A stretch of 64,000 nucleotides of DNA, taken from Octopus sinensis. Its lineage: Eukaryota. This document shows, one piece after another, positions 1 to 12,728 of this stretch. The stretch covers positions 40,238,001 through 40,302,000 of the forward strand of contig NC_043013.1 of NCBI RefSeq assembly GCF_006345805.1. Direction: 5' to 3'. The translations under genes were made by a program, and so were the position numbers. The notes under the pieces are model-generated. The model did not search any database. It was given only the letters and a program-made list of their open reading frames with translations, and was not told the origin of the DNA. How positions within the stretch are numbered: the stretch's first letter is position 1; each line of letters begins with the position of its first letter.

Positions 1-158
1 TGCCGTTACGTTCTGAGTTCAAATTCTGCCGAGGTCGAATTTGCCTTTCATCAATAAATTAAGTACCAGTTACGCACTGGGATCGATGTAATCGACTTAA
101 TCCCTTTGTCCTTGCTTGTCCCCTCTATGTTTAGCCCCTCGTGGGCAATAAAGAAATA
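1..158 (+). mobile_element. SINE family A (tRNA-derived type), 5' end cut by window edge
   Basis: Contains ttctgagttcaaattctgccgaggtcga..tttgcctttcat..aattaagtaccagtt, which recurs at 22661, 36320, 54564 and in reverse at 9910, 32033, 59270. Confidence 0.85.
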
Positions 159-483
159 AGAAATTCAATGAAATAAATACCAATCAAGCAAACATGCCAG
201 TCGGTATCATTGATTAACCCCCCCCCCCACAAAAATTCAGTCCTTGTGTCTATTGTAGAAAGAGTATATATGCACAGCATCTGTTAGTGGCAATACAAAA
301 ATTTGAGAGATCTTCTGCTTATTTAGCTTAAAGTTATCTTTAGTTATGGTTATTACAGGTAGAAGAACCGAGAGCACCAATTGTAGTGTCAAGCATTAAG
401 ACCAGTTCATATCGAGCCAAGACAAAGTAGAACTATAGAAGAAAATGGACCGTTGTGATTCGGTGCGTAAACTGTCCGATACA

Positions 484-1325
484 CAGGGTGTTCGGTTTGC
501 ATAAAAGGAAACAATATACCATCCAGAAAAGAACATATTTTTTAAAAATCTAAAAAGAAGATCAACTAGATTACAAGCTAAGAGATAATAGTCTACTCAA
601 AAGTAACCGCCTACAGCTTCTACGGCGGCCTCAAGACGGTTTTGGAACCAGGCACATGCGTTCCTGGGATCTTCAAACAACTCCTTGATCTTGGCCACCA
701 GCTTGTCCTTGGCGTTGCAGACAGAGCGGTTGGTATCTTTCTCAACCGCGCCCCACATGTAGTAATCCACAGAATTACAATCGGGGGTGGGGGATTAGGA
801 GACCAGAAGTTGGGCTTGGCGAAGTCATAAAATTCACACACACACACACACACACCTCTTCCCGAGGTATGGTAAGGAGAAAAATCCTGCTGTCACACAC
901 GTGGCCTTCCAGCAACAACATAGTCTTCAGCAGCTTCACGTAGCTGTCTGAATTGAACCTAAGACCCTATTCATCAGTTGTTGGATAAACTCCGGCCCGG
1001 CATGTGGATGCAGTCAGAACGCCTGCTGGCCACGTCTTCGTAGTCTCTGTTGCAGCTGTCCATGTCACGTCTTTACAACCTTTAAATGTTCATTGAGCAG
1101 CAGTCATTATGTCGGCATTTTTATACCCGGCGCGAATCATCATGGTACAGGTAACTATTTTCCAATATTCTGATGGCTTCCAGTCCTCCATATCAGCTAA
1201 CTTTTTTTCTCAGTTACAACTTTAATTGGTATGTTCCCCAATGCATTTAGCTTTTCACCAATATAGCAAGCTGTTCCTGAAAAAGGAGGACATAAGAAGT
1301 CGTCAAATTTAGCCCGAACACCCTG
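484..1325 (-). mobile_element. Tc1/mariner-superfamily DNA transposon, internally deleted and decayed
   Basis: 12-bp inverted termini cagggtgttcgg (484-495) / ccgaacaccctg (1314-1325), TA after the right end only. Minus-strand KPNFWSPNPPPPIVILWITTCGA resembles the mariner WPPxSPDLNPxDY motif. Confidence 0.75.
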
Positions 1326-1826
1326 TATATGGCATCATAGTGCATAATTAATTGGTAGGTAAGAAGTGTGTTGATGAATTATTATTACGTTACCGCAGAT
1401 AATCCGGCAAAACGGTTAACCTGTCAAGTCTTTGGACTCGGGGATACCGGAACATCAGTGTGTACCTGTAATTGAAAAGTTAAAGTTTTGGTGATGCAAA
1501 GAGGTGAAAAGAGTCGTCGGTCTGTTAGAGATGGTGATAATAGCTTGAGAAATAATGTGACAATGGTGTTCGGGATTTTATGCACAAGAACTAAAATCTC
1601 TGATGATAAAACTTAGTCCAAAGAGTCTGTAATTTGAGTTGAATGAAACGTTTAAAGTACGAGAGATTAAGCAGCTGTGTTATCCGACTTGTAAAATATT
1701 TTTTAACCTCTTCACTTTTGTTTATATTTTAATTCCGATCTAACAAAGGTTTTGTTGTCATGGGAGAGTTTCTGTTTCTACTAAGATTTAATTGGCAACT
1801 GACTACATATCTGACTCCGAAGTACT

Positions 1827-1869
<43 letters not shown>

Positions 1870-3666
1870 ACTGCTATTATTATAAACTTCATTAACGGGA
1901 TAAACTGATTTGCACTGAAAGACACATTTCTAACGGCTGGTTCGAGTGGAAGCAACTGAACTGATCTTGTATTTCCTATCCAGGAAGTGACTGTATAGAA
2001 AGCCAGCTGTTTGCAACTGTCCAGTGTATTTAGTTAAGTTTAATTTATACCAGCTGTATTGGCTGAAATCTATAGATTTATTCTGTTGTAAATTATAGCT
2101 TCAAAGACAGACTTTCCTAACGCATCGTTAGCGCGCGCGTATGTGTGTTAAAATGCACAAATAACTGCTGAAAACTCGATACGGAAGTCACGTTAAACTC
2201 CCGAGCTCATGCATTGCACGGTATAAAATAGCATAATTACGGAGGCAGGTAACGTGGTACGAAGAACCACATGTAATTGAAATGAACACATAAAAACAAA
2301 TTCATGTTATTTCGAACAATCCATTACGTACGTTTCAATAATCCTTCACAGATTATCATCAGATGAAAAGTATGTAGAAGCAATAAACGAAATTGTGTAC
2401 GCTAGAAATGCATGTAATAAAAATCAAAGTGAAGCGATATAGAGAAATCTATTAGCCGAAAGGGACAATTAGACATGGAATTTCTCTCATCAGATATCTC
2501 GGATTTTGACGACCAATAATACATGCATGTATATATGTATGTATTATCGATCGTTTACATAAATCAATGCTTTTTAATCACTACCGAGTCAACCATATAT
2601 TTTGAGTAAATACGTCTTATATGTAAAAATGTTTGTCACTGTATTTGTATCAATGCGTGTGTGACAACTAATTGGCTGACCTGACATAGTAAAAGGCGAA
2701 ATTGTTACGGTTTACATAACGAAGAGATGGCGACGAAGGTAACGATGGCAGAAGACCTAGTTTATTCTGATGTTGTTAGTGAAGACTCTGTTTATCCTGT
2801 TGGTGATGGTGAAGGTCTTGTCTTTTAATGCTGAAGGAGAATATAGCTCTTGGCCAAATTGGCTGCGGGCTACAATGTTTTCTCCATGGGAGTTGTGTCA
2901 AAAGGGAAGTGAGATGTCGGCTGCCGGAATGAACTTTCTGTCCTTGCTTATATTGTGTAGTGAAGCAGATGATTTAATGAGAGATCGGAAAGGTCGGTCA
3001 GATCTTTCGAAAGCAAGTTTTCTGTCTTCTTTGCAGATGAACAATTCATAATAAAGTTGATAGCAACAAGAACAATGAGTACAATAGGTAAATAAAGCTT
3101 AAGTCTACTTTAAGTAATTCAAAACATTTACACAATCGGACCTCAAAAATGTATATCTCTATACACGCGCAAACACGCACGCACAGTTGCGCATCCGCTA
3201 CACACATACGTGCTCGCGCACATGTCCTAGGCACCCACGAAACATGAAGTCATGTGGAGCTGAGTCAAACTGTTATAAAAAAAATTATATGTAACTGTTA
3301 CCAAATGTGTTAATTATTACTTTCTTTCGCTTGTGCAGTCACTCGTGTGTGTGATTTACCATTAGGTATCGATGAATTGACTGTAACTCTAGCCGCCCCA
3401 TTCTTATAAACACTAAGTAGCTGTGTAATTCGCTGTATGAGCGTATGTGCGCCAAGCCACGCATGTGCATATGCTTATATCTTCGTGGACGTTTGTACGT
3501 GCGCCATACAACCAAAGCGAGGGCGTTTATATATCCATATCTGTTAACGGTTATATTTAATACTTTTTTCGCTGCGTTGTGTATTCGTCACTTTTTGCAT
3601 CTGTTATTACCTCCGCCTTGGCGAAGACGGAGGTATTGTTTTCAGTCGTGTTTTTTTTTTTTGTTT

Positions 3667-4559
3667 TGTAAGAAATAGGATCACATGTGGTCGTATCGTG
3701 TAGGAAATACGATCGCACGTGGTTCTGCTCTTAACGAATTATTACAAGCCATAAATACATGCAGTAACAATAGAACATAAGTGGATTGACAACAAGTCTT
3801 CTGTTTGATATATAAACATTATTTATTTTACAATCGTGTCAATGTTAGGAGTTTGTAAACGTTAGCACGTATGTACGCATGCAACACGTGTTTGTGTCTG
3901 TGTGTTCGTGTGTGTAACAGAACAAACAGGGTGAATGCGGTTGACAGAAAAGTACGAAGCAAAGAGTCAATAATGGAATTCGGCTTACAGTTTGTGTGGC
4001 AAAGATGTTAGAGGTGACTCGAAGTCGATTACATGATGATGAAGACGGCGAATGTAGTAGGCTTTCTGTGATAGTGTACATTAGCGTCGTAGCTAGTAGT
4101 AGCAGGAACAATCGTATATCGTTTGGTTGAGTAACGCTGTGGCCTAAAGTTAGCTCTTAGAAGAACTGGAACTAAAAGACGAAAAGTGTCTGAAAACACT
4201 CCTTTATATACCGTTTGGGTGGCTCAAACGAACTTCAGAAATGGAATCTTACCAAAGGCCGCGATTGGTTGGCTTGGAACAATGGCGCGAAATATGTAGA
4301 GACAAACCGCGTCACATGTCAACCAGTGGTGCGAACTATGTAGAGACCACTCGTGTCACATGTCAACCAGAGGCGCGAACTATGTAGAGACCACTCGTGT
4401 CACATGTCAACCAATCAGGTTAGTGTTTACAACAAGAACAAGTTGGCCAAAGATGGCTGTAACCTCAAACGAGATCATTTCTGCCTTGCCTTTCAAACAG
4501 TGAAGATATTAGAAATCGCTATAGTCATATTTCAAAATGGCTGAAACTGCCATGCTACA
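3667..4559 (-). mobile_element. Solo LTR (893 bp)
   Basis: TGTA...TACA termini with GTTT on both flanks. On the minus strand: U3-like region with 3x44-bp repeats and CCAAT, TATATAAAGG at 4210-4201, AATAAA at 3827-3822, in canonical U3-R-U5 order. Confidence 0.65.
4284..4415. repeat. 3 x 44-bp tandem repeat in the LTR U3 region
   Basis: Units start at 4284, 4328 and 4372: ggcgcgaa.tatgtagagac....cg.gtcacatgtcaacca. Confidence 0.9.
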
Positions 4560-6033
4560 GTTTGTTTGTCCGTGGACAAGTTATCTGAAGAACCGCTGGA
4601 TGAATTCGGATGAAACTTTCAGGGATGTTTGGCCTCGTGACTGGTACGAACTGATTAGATTTTGGGATCGATCCGGTACCTGACAAGGATTCGGGATTAT
4701 TTTTTATATTTTCTTTACTTTACAATGAATATGTAAAGTTTCACATAGTTCTCTTGTACACGCATTCACATATACTCACACATTTTCAGCGTTGAACATT
4801 ACCATCCCATTTCGATTGTACATACATGCGCGCGCGCAAACATTCCAATATACCTCTCTTTTACACACACATACATTCACACTTCAAATGCCGTTCATCG
4901 GCTTTTTCATTCCTTCCTTCGTTATTCATCTATCACCCCTGCCTTTCTTATTCATGTGACACCCTCTCTGCCACTTCGTTTCGTCTCTCTCATTGTCATT
5001 ATATTCTCTCACTCCCTCACAGTCTTGGCTATTACTCTCACTACTTCTCCTTCACTGTATTAGTATTTTATCTCCTCTCCCTTCACATCTCACTCAATGT
5101 GCATTAGCAGATGTTATAGATACATATTTTTACGACCACGATACAGTATGCATTTCATTACAATTATAATTCTTATGTTCAATTACGTTTCTCTACCAAA
5201 ATTCCTTTTGCATTTCAACCAGTGTTTCCAAAACTTTTACATGGTGACTCCCAAAGACTGATCGACATGCAAATATTTTCATTACCCAGAAGACACTCAC
5301 ACAGCATTATAAACACAGCCTGCACACCCACTTGCACATTCCAGACTCCCATTGGGATCGATCAGGTACCGGACATGGATATGGATTATATTTCCGTCTG
5401 AGAGCGATCGGGTTCATTTTAGTATTACCGTTTGTGAAAACAGTCGACTTTATTTCAGATATACTCATTTTAAAAATTATCTCCGGTTAATCGTTGAGAG
5501 GACGTTGGTGTTGCGTTGGCGGAGGTTTGCGCTCTCTGAGTTTTCTTGTTTATTATTGATCTTGTATAAAAATGAAGCTGTATCCTTTAGTTTGCTGCTT
5601 TTCTATACACAAACCGAGAAGATATCTTACGGAACAGTTGTTATTTTAACGAGATACGTCTTGTAATCATCTGAAAAGGCACATCTACACCGTCAGATAC
5701 TCTTAAATCAGTTGTTAAGTATCCCACCCGCGAGGGATCGACACTAGATGGATCTGTAGTGATTAATAAACATTTTCGTATCTTCCATCTTCCATCCCTC
5801 TCATTATTCAAATACCCAACGAACACTGTTGGAAGTCGACATGCTTTACCAGTAAGCTACCAGGGGTATACCATACGATTTATTATCTAATAATAACAAC
5901 AACAACAATAATAATACCCTTATCAGACGGGTAGTCATTATGGGTATACTGGGCTTCGTATATTTTACCCCAGTGTCACTTTGATGGCATGCACTGCTCT
6001 CTCACTCAATAATAATAATAATAATAATAATAA

Positions 6034-6690
6034 TCTCCGCTGTACCGCATCTGCAATAGAGTGAATGAAACCATTGCCCATATCATGAACGAAAACCCTA
6101 GTCTTGCCCAAAACCATTATAAATTGTGGTGACACGATCAGGTAGTGAAAGTGCTACACTGGAAATTGTGCGAAAAGCGGGGGCTAGAGAGAGGCAAGAC
6201 GTGGTATGAGCGCAAACCACAGAGAACGGCGGAGTCAGAGACTAGCAAAATCTTCTGGAATTTCCCAATCCAAACAGATCAGGTGCTAGAGCATAACAGA
6301 CCGGACCTAGTGGTGGCGGGCAAGATGCATCACATGTGCTATATATTTGATGTTGCATGCCCGTTTGACCCACGAATAGTGAAGAAGGAAAAAGAAAAGA
6401 TAGATAGATACAACCCTCTTAAGAACGAAATAGCCCGGCTATAGAAAACTATTGTTGGGTCCTTGGGAACAGTATCAGAAGGCATCGAGGGGAGAATATA
6501 AAGGAAATTGGAATAGCGTGCCCGGTAGAACTGTAGCAAAGGGTTTGTCCCCTTGGAACGGCCAGAATAATCAAGAAAGTATTAGCTGAAAAAGTATGGA
6601 AAGTATGGTAGCATAGGCTGCAGGTAGCAAGGTGGCTATGCATGTAAGACACCAGGAGCTCCAACAAAACCTGTGATAAAGAGAAATAAT
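6034..6690 (+). pseudogene. 5'-truncated R4/Dong-like non-LTR retrotransposon; C-terminal zinc knuckle and restriction-like endonuclease
   Basis: Frame from 6034 reads SPLYRICNRVNETIAH...W*HDQVVKVLHWKLC...NRPDLVV...CYIFDVACPFD...KEKEKIDRY..LKNEIARL, i.e. a decayed CCHC and a PD-(D/E)xK RLE. Flanked by (AAT)n. Confidence 0.8.
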
Positions 6691-7451
6691 AATATATGCA
6701 TGTATGTATGTATACTCATGTGTGTGTGTGTGTGTGTGTGTGCATGTATCTCTGTGTGTATGTGTGAGTGTATATATGTGTATATATATATATATATATA
6801 CACACACACATACATGTGTGTGTGTGTGTGTGTGGGTGTGGGTGTGTGTATTGAAATGAACAGAGAGATGTGTTTTATTTATAGTTTATTTCTTTATTCT
6901 ATTAAAGAACTATTATCTTACAAATAGTCATTTCATAGATTTTAAATTCTGTTTTCATGTGTCCTTAACATAGAATTTCCTTAGATGCCATGCCGAACTG
7001 ACAGTAATTATTTCAAACGCATGAAAGTTTCTTACCATATTTGCTCTCCAACCGTCAACCTTCTCCTGCCTGTATTTTTCGTAGTTCTCACCAATCATCC
7101 ACCTCATCTATTACTAACCATCGTTGTGATATCCTCTGATGGCGATATGATAACCTAGTCAAGTTTAATTACACTAACATGCACGAAACATTATTTATTC
7201 AAAGAACAAACTTCGTCACTCAGTGAATTTTCATGAAAATCCACCGACTAATAGAATTTCCACTATATTAGACACGCCAGAGAACTCAACACCTAAAGCT
7301 ATCTTTTCAGAAAGCTACAAATCTCAAATCATTAAGAAAATTTAGTATTTCTCTCCAGAGTCAATAAGTTAAGTCATAAAACGACTGCCGAGCTTCTGTG
7401 AGATCCAAGAACTCATTACTGCAGAAAACTATTTTGATGAATTCACTTCTT

Positions 7452-7521
<70 letters not shown>
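7452..7521. repeat. (ACT)n microsatellite at the 3' end of the minus-strand LINE fragment
   Basis: Uninterrupted tactactac run. Confidence 0.95.
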
Positions 7522-7522
<1 letters not shown>

Positions 7523-9000
7523 TCAATAATATTTGGCCTGAAGTTTTGGGGGAGAGGGCCAGTGGAACATCCACCGGTTTTATTGCCTGACTGGCAGAGG
7601 ACAGTGAGCGCCTGACATTCTAGGTGCCAGGCGCCCAGTCTTGGTCTATAGTCCTTCACCCAGGACTGCAGCTCCGTCAAAGAGAAGAGTTGCGGAAGCA
7701 CGTACATCACAAACGGAACCCACACACGTTCACCTTTTAGAACTCGTTGCATGTGGCGCAACCTGAGCACGTGTCTGCGCATCAAAAGCCACGGCATGTC
7801 TAAGCCGCCACTCAGAGGGAACTGACAGCAGATTGACCGCTTGACCATCGGAGCGCGTCCTTTCTACAAGAACATGAACAAGAGATGCTCAACATGCAAT
7901 AACTGGGGCAAGGCACGATTGTCAGCTGATAAATGATAATGGATGCGGTGTAGGCATTCACCACCTCTGCCCAACCTTTCAAGGACAGCTTCCTCTCGGC
8001 CCATTTCTGAGTAAGACTGGTCACCCTGTTCGTTAACTCGTCCCAGTTTTTATTCACCTGGAAGTCGGGACCAAACCAGACCCTGAACAGTTTAACTGGT
8101 CCGTCCAGCGTCTGACGGCATCGATCTGCCTCTCCAGGTGCCCAGTTGCAGGTCCACCGACTTCTCGGTATTGATTGTAGCCCCTGCAATCGACTCATAT
8201 TTTTCTAGAATGGAGCCGACCGTCTCCATTTCGGAGGCATCCGACACCAAGACGGTAACGTCGTCCGTGTTCCCAGTTCGAAAGGGATGCCCCTCAATTG
8301 TTCCAGCTTCCGCAGCACATGCAGAATAGGTGACAGCCGGCAGCCCTGACGGACCGAGCGTGCGATGCTAAACAGTTTCGATAGATGGCCATTTACTTTG
8401 ACCACCGAGAAGGCAGATGGGAGGTAATAGTTTTGTCCCCACCATGGTAGTAACGGTGGAGAGCTTCGTGCTTTCTTCACCGCGGCGCAAAAGACTTTGA
8501 GATGGTTCGAATTCCCCCACACAAAACACTTCTGTTTCTCCACCCCCACTATAGAAACTGGCATTTGTTTGCATTTTACTGAAACAGAAAAAAATCAGGA
8601 ATGCGATTTATTTCTTCTGGAGAAACTAGTATCTGGCATTCCATAAGAATTCCTGTCCTGTTGAGTTGTGGGGTAAACTTCACCTCCACAATCTCCCCAA
8701 GCTCCTCCAGAATGGCTAAAACTCTCGCCGGATCACGTTGACCCGACACGTTCTTCACTCGAATTCGAGTCAACCTTTTACCCATGTAGTGGGGAATCAT
8801 TACAAAAGCCTGGAACGTGCAAGTTATAGTAGCCATTCTTCTGGCTTCTTGCTCAATGCTGCACATAGCAGCAACTATCCCATATTGCTTACCTTTCTGT
8901 ATGTGTAATACTGAGGGCCACGCATCTTCGAGGCATTTTTCGGTCTCTGCTGGAGTAGGAAATTTAAGTTTTTTTTCTCCTTGCGAGAAACACATTTATA
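7522..9000 (-). pseudogene. Decayed L1/Tx1-like LINE: ORF1 remnant joined to the distal RT region
   Basis: ORF1-like GKRLTRIRVKNV (8576-8995 ORF), degenerate knuckle CFVWGNSNHLKVFC, RT motif SVRQGCRLSP, and WAERKLSLKG.AEV.N..TASII.YQLT. Frameshifts and stops present. Confidence 0.75.
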
Positions 9001-9130
9001 AACAACTGTTCGTCTTTCGGAGGGTTTTTTTTTTCTACTCTTCTCTAAAGCACATAACACCTGGTTTCTTAATGTCACTCTTGTATTTCAGGGCCTTATT
9101 TTTCAAGTCATCCACTAAAAAATAGTCCAA

Positions 9131-9180
9131 TTGCTAACGGAATTAGCTTTGTTGAGGTTCATTGTTATTATTGCTGTTGC

Positions 9181-9220
<40 letters not shown>

Positions 9221-9600
9221 GGTGTCGTCGTCGTTGTTGTTGTTGTTGTTTTCCTCACAGTTATCACTGTTGTTGTTTTCAATCTTGTTCGTGTTACTTT
9301 TCTTGTTTACGATTTTGTTCATCTTGTTGCTGATATTGTTGTCGATACAGTTGCTGTTATTGTTCTTGTTTCTGCTGTTTGTGGTGGTGGTGGTGCTGCT
9401 GCTGCTACTGCTACTGCTGCTGTAGTCGCCGTCGTCATTATCGTTGCTGTTGGTACTTTTGCACTTGTTACTGTCGTCGTAGCAACAAGAGGAAATTATA
9501 TTTCTCTTTGGCGAAAAATTCATTTCTCCTTCGGCTGCGTTTGTTTTTTGGAGTTACAAAAGAACGCTGCTCTTGGTCGGCGTCTATAGAACGCTGCTCT
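9131..9600 (-). repeat. (AAC)n-rich low-complexity tract, possibly the Thr/Ala-rich tail of a LINE ORF1
   Basis: ttg/tgc/tgg trinucleotide mosaic. The poly-N, poly-V and poly-L ORFs are frames of the same repeat. Confidence 0.6.
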
Positions 9601-9909
9601 TGGCCGATTATTATTATTTTCTCGCAATCCGACATTTTTTTTTAAATAGGAAAAATGAATAAAATCCTGTCTTCACAAAAAATTCAAAAATGCAAAACAA
9701 TTATTACACCCCCCGCCCACCAAAAAAGGGGGAACAGCTACATAAAACGTTACCACTACGATCCAGACAATTCACGCAAAATACTTGTTAAATAAAATTG
9801 TGAATGAACGAGCTGCAACCAACCGAAACGCTTGATTAAACGCTTACAAATTACGGAGCTCCAACTTCGTACGTCCTCCCAGTTTGACGGCAATAATAAT
9901 AATAACTAC

Positions 9910-10452
9910 TAAAGGCACAAGGCCTGAAATTTGGGGAAGATGAAAGGCAAAGTCGACTTCGGCGGAATTTGAACTCAGAACGTAAAAGTGGATCAAATGC
10001 CGCTAAGCATTTTGCCCGGCGTGCTGAAGATTCTGCCAGCTCGCCGCCTTAATAATAATAATAATAATAATAATAATAGGCTCAAAGTCTCAAATTTGGG
10101 AGGGGGACAGTCAATTATATCGACCCCGAAATGATGAAAGGCAAAATCGTCCTCGGCGGAATTTGAACTCAGAACGTAGAGACGGACGAAATACCGCAAA
10201 ACATTTTCTTATGCGTGCTAGTGGTCCTGCCGCCTCACCACCTTTAAATAATGGTTTCAAATTTTGGCATTAGGCCATCAGTTTTGGGGGAGAGGTAAGA
10301 CGATTACATCGACCCCATTACACAGCAGATACTTATTTGATCGACCCCGAAAAGATGAAAGGCAAAGTCAACATCGGCGGTATTTGAACTCAGAAAGTGA
10401 AGAGCCGCATGAAATGCCGCTAAGTATTTTCTTCGGCGGGCTAACAATTCTG
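9910..10452 (-). mobile_element. Cluster of three SINE family A copies
   Basis: Three occurrences of gatgaaaggcaaa.tc..c.tcggcgg.atttgaactcagaa, near 9940, 10135 and 10355. Confidence 0.85.
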
Positions 10453-11500
10453 CTGCTGTCGTAAGCCTTTTGTTGTTTTTTTTGCTTTTCTCCCACTGTT
10501 AGCGTTGTTGTTTCTATTGTTGCTGCTGTTGTTGCTGCTGCTGCTGCTTTCGCGGCTGCGGTTTTTGTTGTTGGTGTTGTGGAAGTGGCAATAGCGTCGT
10601 CAGCAGGGGGATATCTTCTTTCTCCCTTCCTGGACAGAAACAGAAAGCCTTTAAATAATTCGCGTTACCGCATTAGTGACATCTGGACTTTCTGTCTTCA
10701 GCTGTCACGCACAATTGCAATCCGCCCGACAGAATGACCGGGCCCGGGATGGTTTCTGTTCTTTTTGATCCGTTTAGATCAATAACACATCCCTGCGCCC
10801 AATCTTTTTCTTTCTTTCTTTGTTCTTCTTTTTATCCGAGTCTATGGACCTACAATACATTCATTATTTTCTTCGATATTGAGAAAAACATGGCCACTGT
10901 TGACCCGCAGATGTCTATTTCTGGTGGTGCATCAATCACCCTCCGGACGATGTAGATAGTTACGAGGATCCGTTTGTCACATTCAAGGGTGTTATAGAGT
11001 GTAGAGTGCATTTCAGTCGGAAATTTCACCCCTACCGTTTCGAACCTTTTTCCTCGAATAATATCTGTTCTGGAGACCTAGAATTTAATTTTCGATCTAC
11101 TTGTTTTTATAAACTAAAATAACATCTTGTCTTCCAGAACTTATTGGTTTCACGACCAGTTTAAATGGTTCTTGGTCCTCTTTGTTTGTTAGTTTCTGTC
11201 TCTTAAAGTGGCATCAAATGTTAAATATTGACCATTCCATCAACTGCTTACTCTGCATAATTCTACATTTCAATAATCTCAAATACTTCAAATGTCGCTA
11301 AACATTCAAATTTTAGTCGCCCAATTTCATATGCAACTGGTTCAAGAGTATTTACGAGCTCTAGCTATTACTCTCTAACAGCAAATATTCTTAGTATTGC
11401 AGACAATACCATTTTCGTACCTATTACTGACTTTTGACTATTTTCCTTTTCTCCCGCTTAACCGGCCGTGTCCGTTTCTGTGTGTTTTCATCTACTTTTT
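10445..11500 (-). pseudogene. Heavily decayed ORF1-like LINE remnant
   Basis: Minus-strand peptides ...KRILVTIYIVRRVIDAPPEIDICGSTVAMFF and a Thr/Ala-rich tail. Weak recalled similarity only. Confidence 0.3.
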
Positions 11501-11786
11501 ATAAAAACTTGCATCACCAAGAATATAGCCATTTGTTTTTTTAAACTTCAATTTGTATTTGAAGAATTAGATGAATATTATTCTGCAGAATAATTATCTG
11601 CATTCATCGATCTTCGCTCTGGAATACTTTCTTTGCCATTGCTACGGAATATAGGCGTATTGCCAAGTATATCCCATTCACTAGTCGTCGACTTACAAGA
11701 TGTAAAGCTGAATCGCTTTTCTTCCTGGCTAATCTATTGAAAGAAGATTGAAGATGGTGGTGAATAGAACTTCATAATGATACTCT

Positions 11787-12072
11787 CTCTTTTACTCTTT
11801 TACTTGTTTCAGTCATTTGACTGCGGCCATGCTGGAGCACCGCCTTTAGTCGAGCAAATCGACCCCGGGACTTATTCTTTGTAAGCCCAGTACTTATTCT
11901 ATCGGTCTCTTTTGCCGAACCGCTAGTGACGGGGACGAAAACACACCAGCATCGGTTGTCAAGCAATGCTAGGGGGACAAATACAGACACACAAACACAT
12001 ACATATATACGACAGGCTTCTTTCAGTTTCCGTCTACCAAATCCACTCACAAGGCTTTGGTCGGCCCGGGGC
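11787..12072 (-). mobile_element. SINE family B copy with CpGs largely intact
   Basis: tcagtcatttgactgcggccatgctggagcaccgcctttagtcgagcaaatcgacccc; the same family recurs at many loci here. Confidence 0.9.
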
Positions 12073-12728
12073 TGGCTTCAACTTTAAAATTCACTCAAAT
12101 CTTGGCCCCTGTGCCGTCCGTCCTCTACAAAAACCATGCTTGTGTTACATCACAACACTAAGAACTAGTTTACCTCAACTGGCCCTGCTCTTTTTAACAT
12201 CGTACCAAGAAACATAAGGAAAGTAAAAGATCTTATAACATTCAAATGGTTCCTAGATTAATACCACCAACAAATTCCAGATAAATACCTACAGCCGGAT
12301 ACATCTCTCCGAACAACAACTGTACATGAATGGGCTATGGTGCCTAAAGAATATGAAATATCATTAAATGTCTTTTCCAGGTGGTGATATTTAGATATGG
12401 CCTGGGCCAGTTGTGGTCGAAACTTACCTAAGTATCTAAGTATCACGCTTTATCCAGTATCAGAAGCGCGATGGATTGCGTATATATCAGATTATCAACT
12501 AACTCTCAGTGAACATGGGAAGAGCATAAGAAATATATTAGTTTTCTACCGCCTGTCGAATATGGTAGGTCGAACGAGTTACCCAACAGTGGGAGAAAAG
12601 CAACAAAAACAACAAAAGGCTTACGACAGCAGCAGAATTGAGTGAGATATGAACTAACTAATGATTTTAAAAAGTGAATAGTAAAAATAAGGTTTAAAAA
12701 ACGAGTAAAGTAAAAAAAAAAAAAAGAA

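Larger units (their letters stand above)
3604..5551 (+). mobile_element. Helentron-associated (HINE/Pearl-like) non-autonomous element, interrupted by insertions
   Basis: 5' hairpin acctccgcc..cggaggt (3609-3634); subterminal inverted ggcggaggt (5518-5526) followed by gcgctctctgag hairpin and a T-rich end; internal GTTT repeat and a duplicated core tgggatcgatc.ggtacc near 4660 and 5355. Confidence 0.6.

Noticed and set aside
2727-2828. gagATGGCGACGAAG|GTAACG, a possible first exon (MATK) or 33-aa ORF
   Set aside because: No downstream exon could be linked and there is no recognisable homology; the neighbouring ORF 2770-3051 and the minus frames gave no known motif.
3845-4111. 88-aa minus-strand ORF with a hydrophobic start
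   Set aside because: It lies in the R/U5 part of the solo LTR, runs into a CA repeat, and shows no domain.
4284-4415. Regular repeats (also 33382-33465 and 36881-37320) considered as CRISPR-like arrays
   Set aside because: Head-to-tail units with no unique spacers, no cas genes, and a eukaryotic context.
9131-9645. Poly-Asn, poly-Val, poly-Leu and poly-Cys ORFs
   Set aside because: They are different frames of one trinucleotide-repeat tract.
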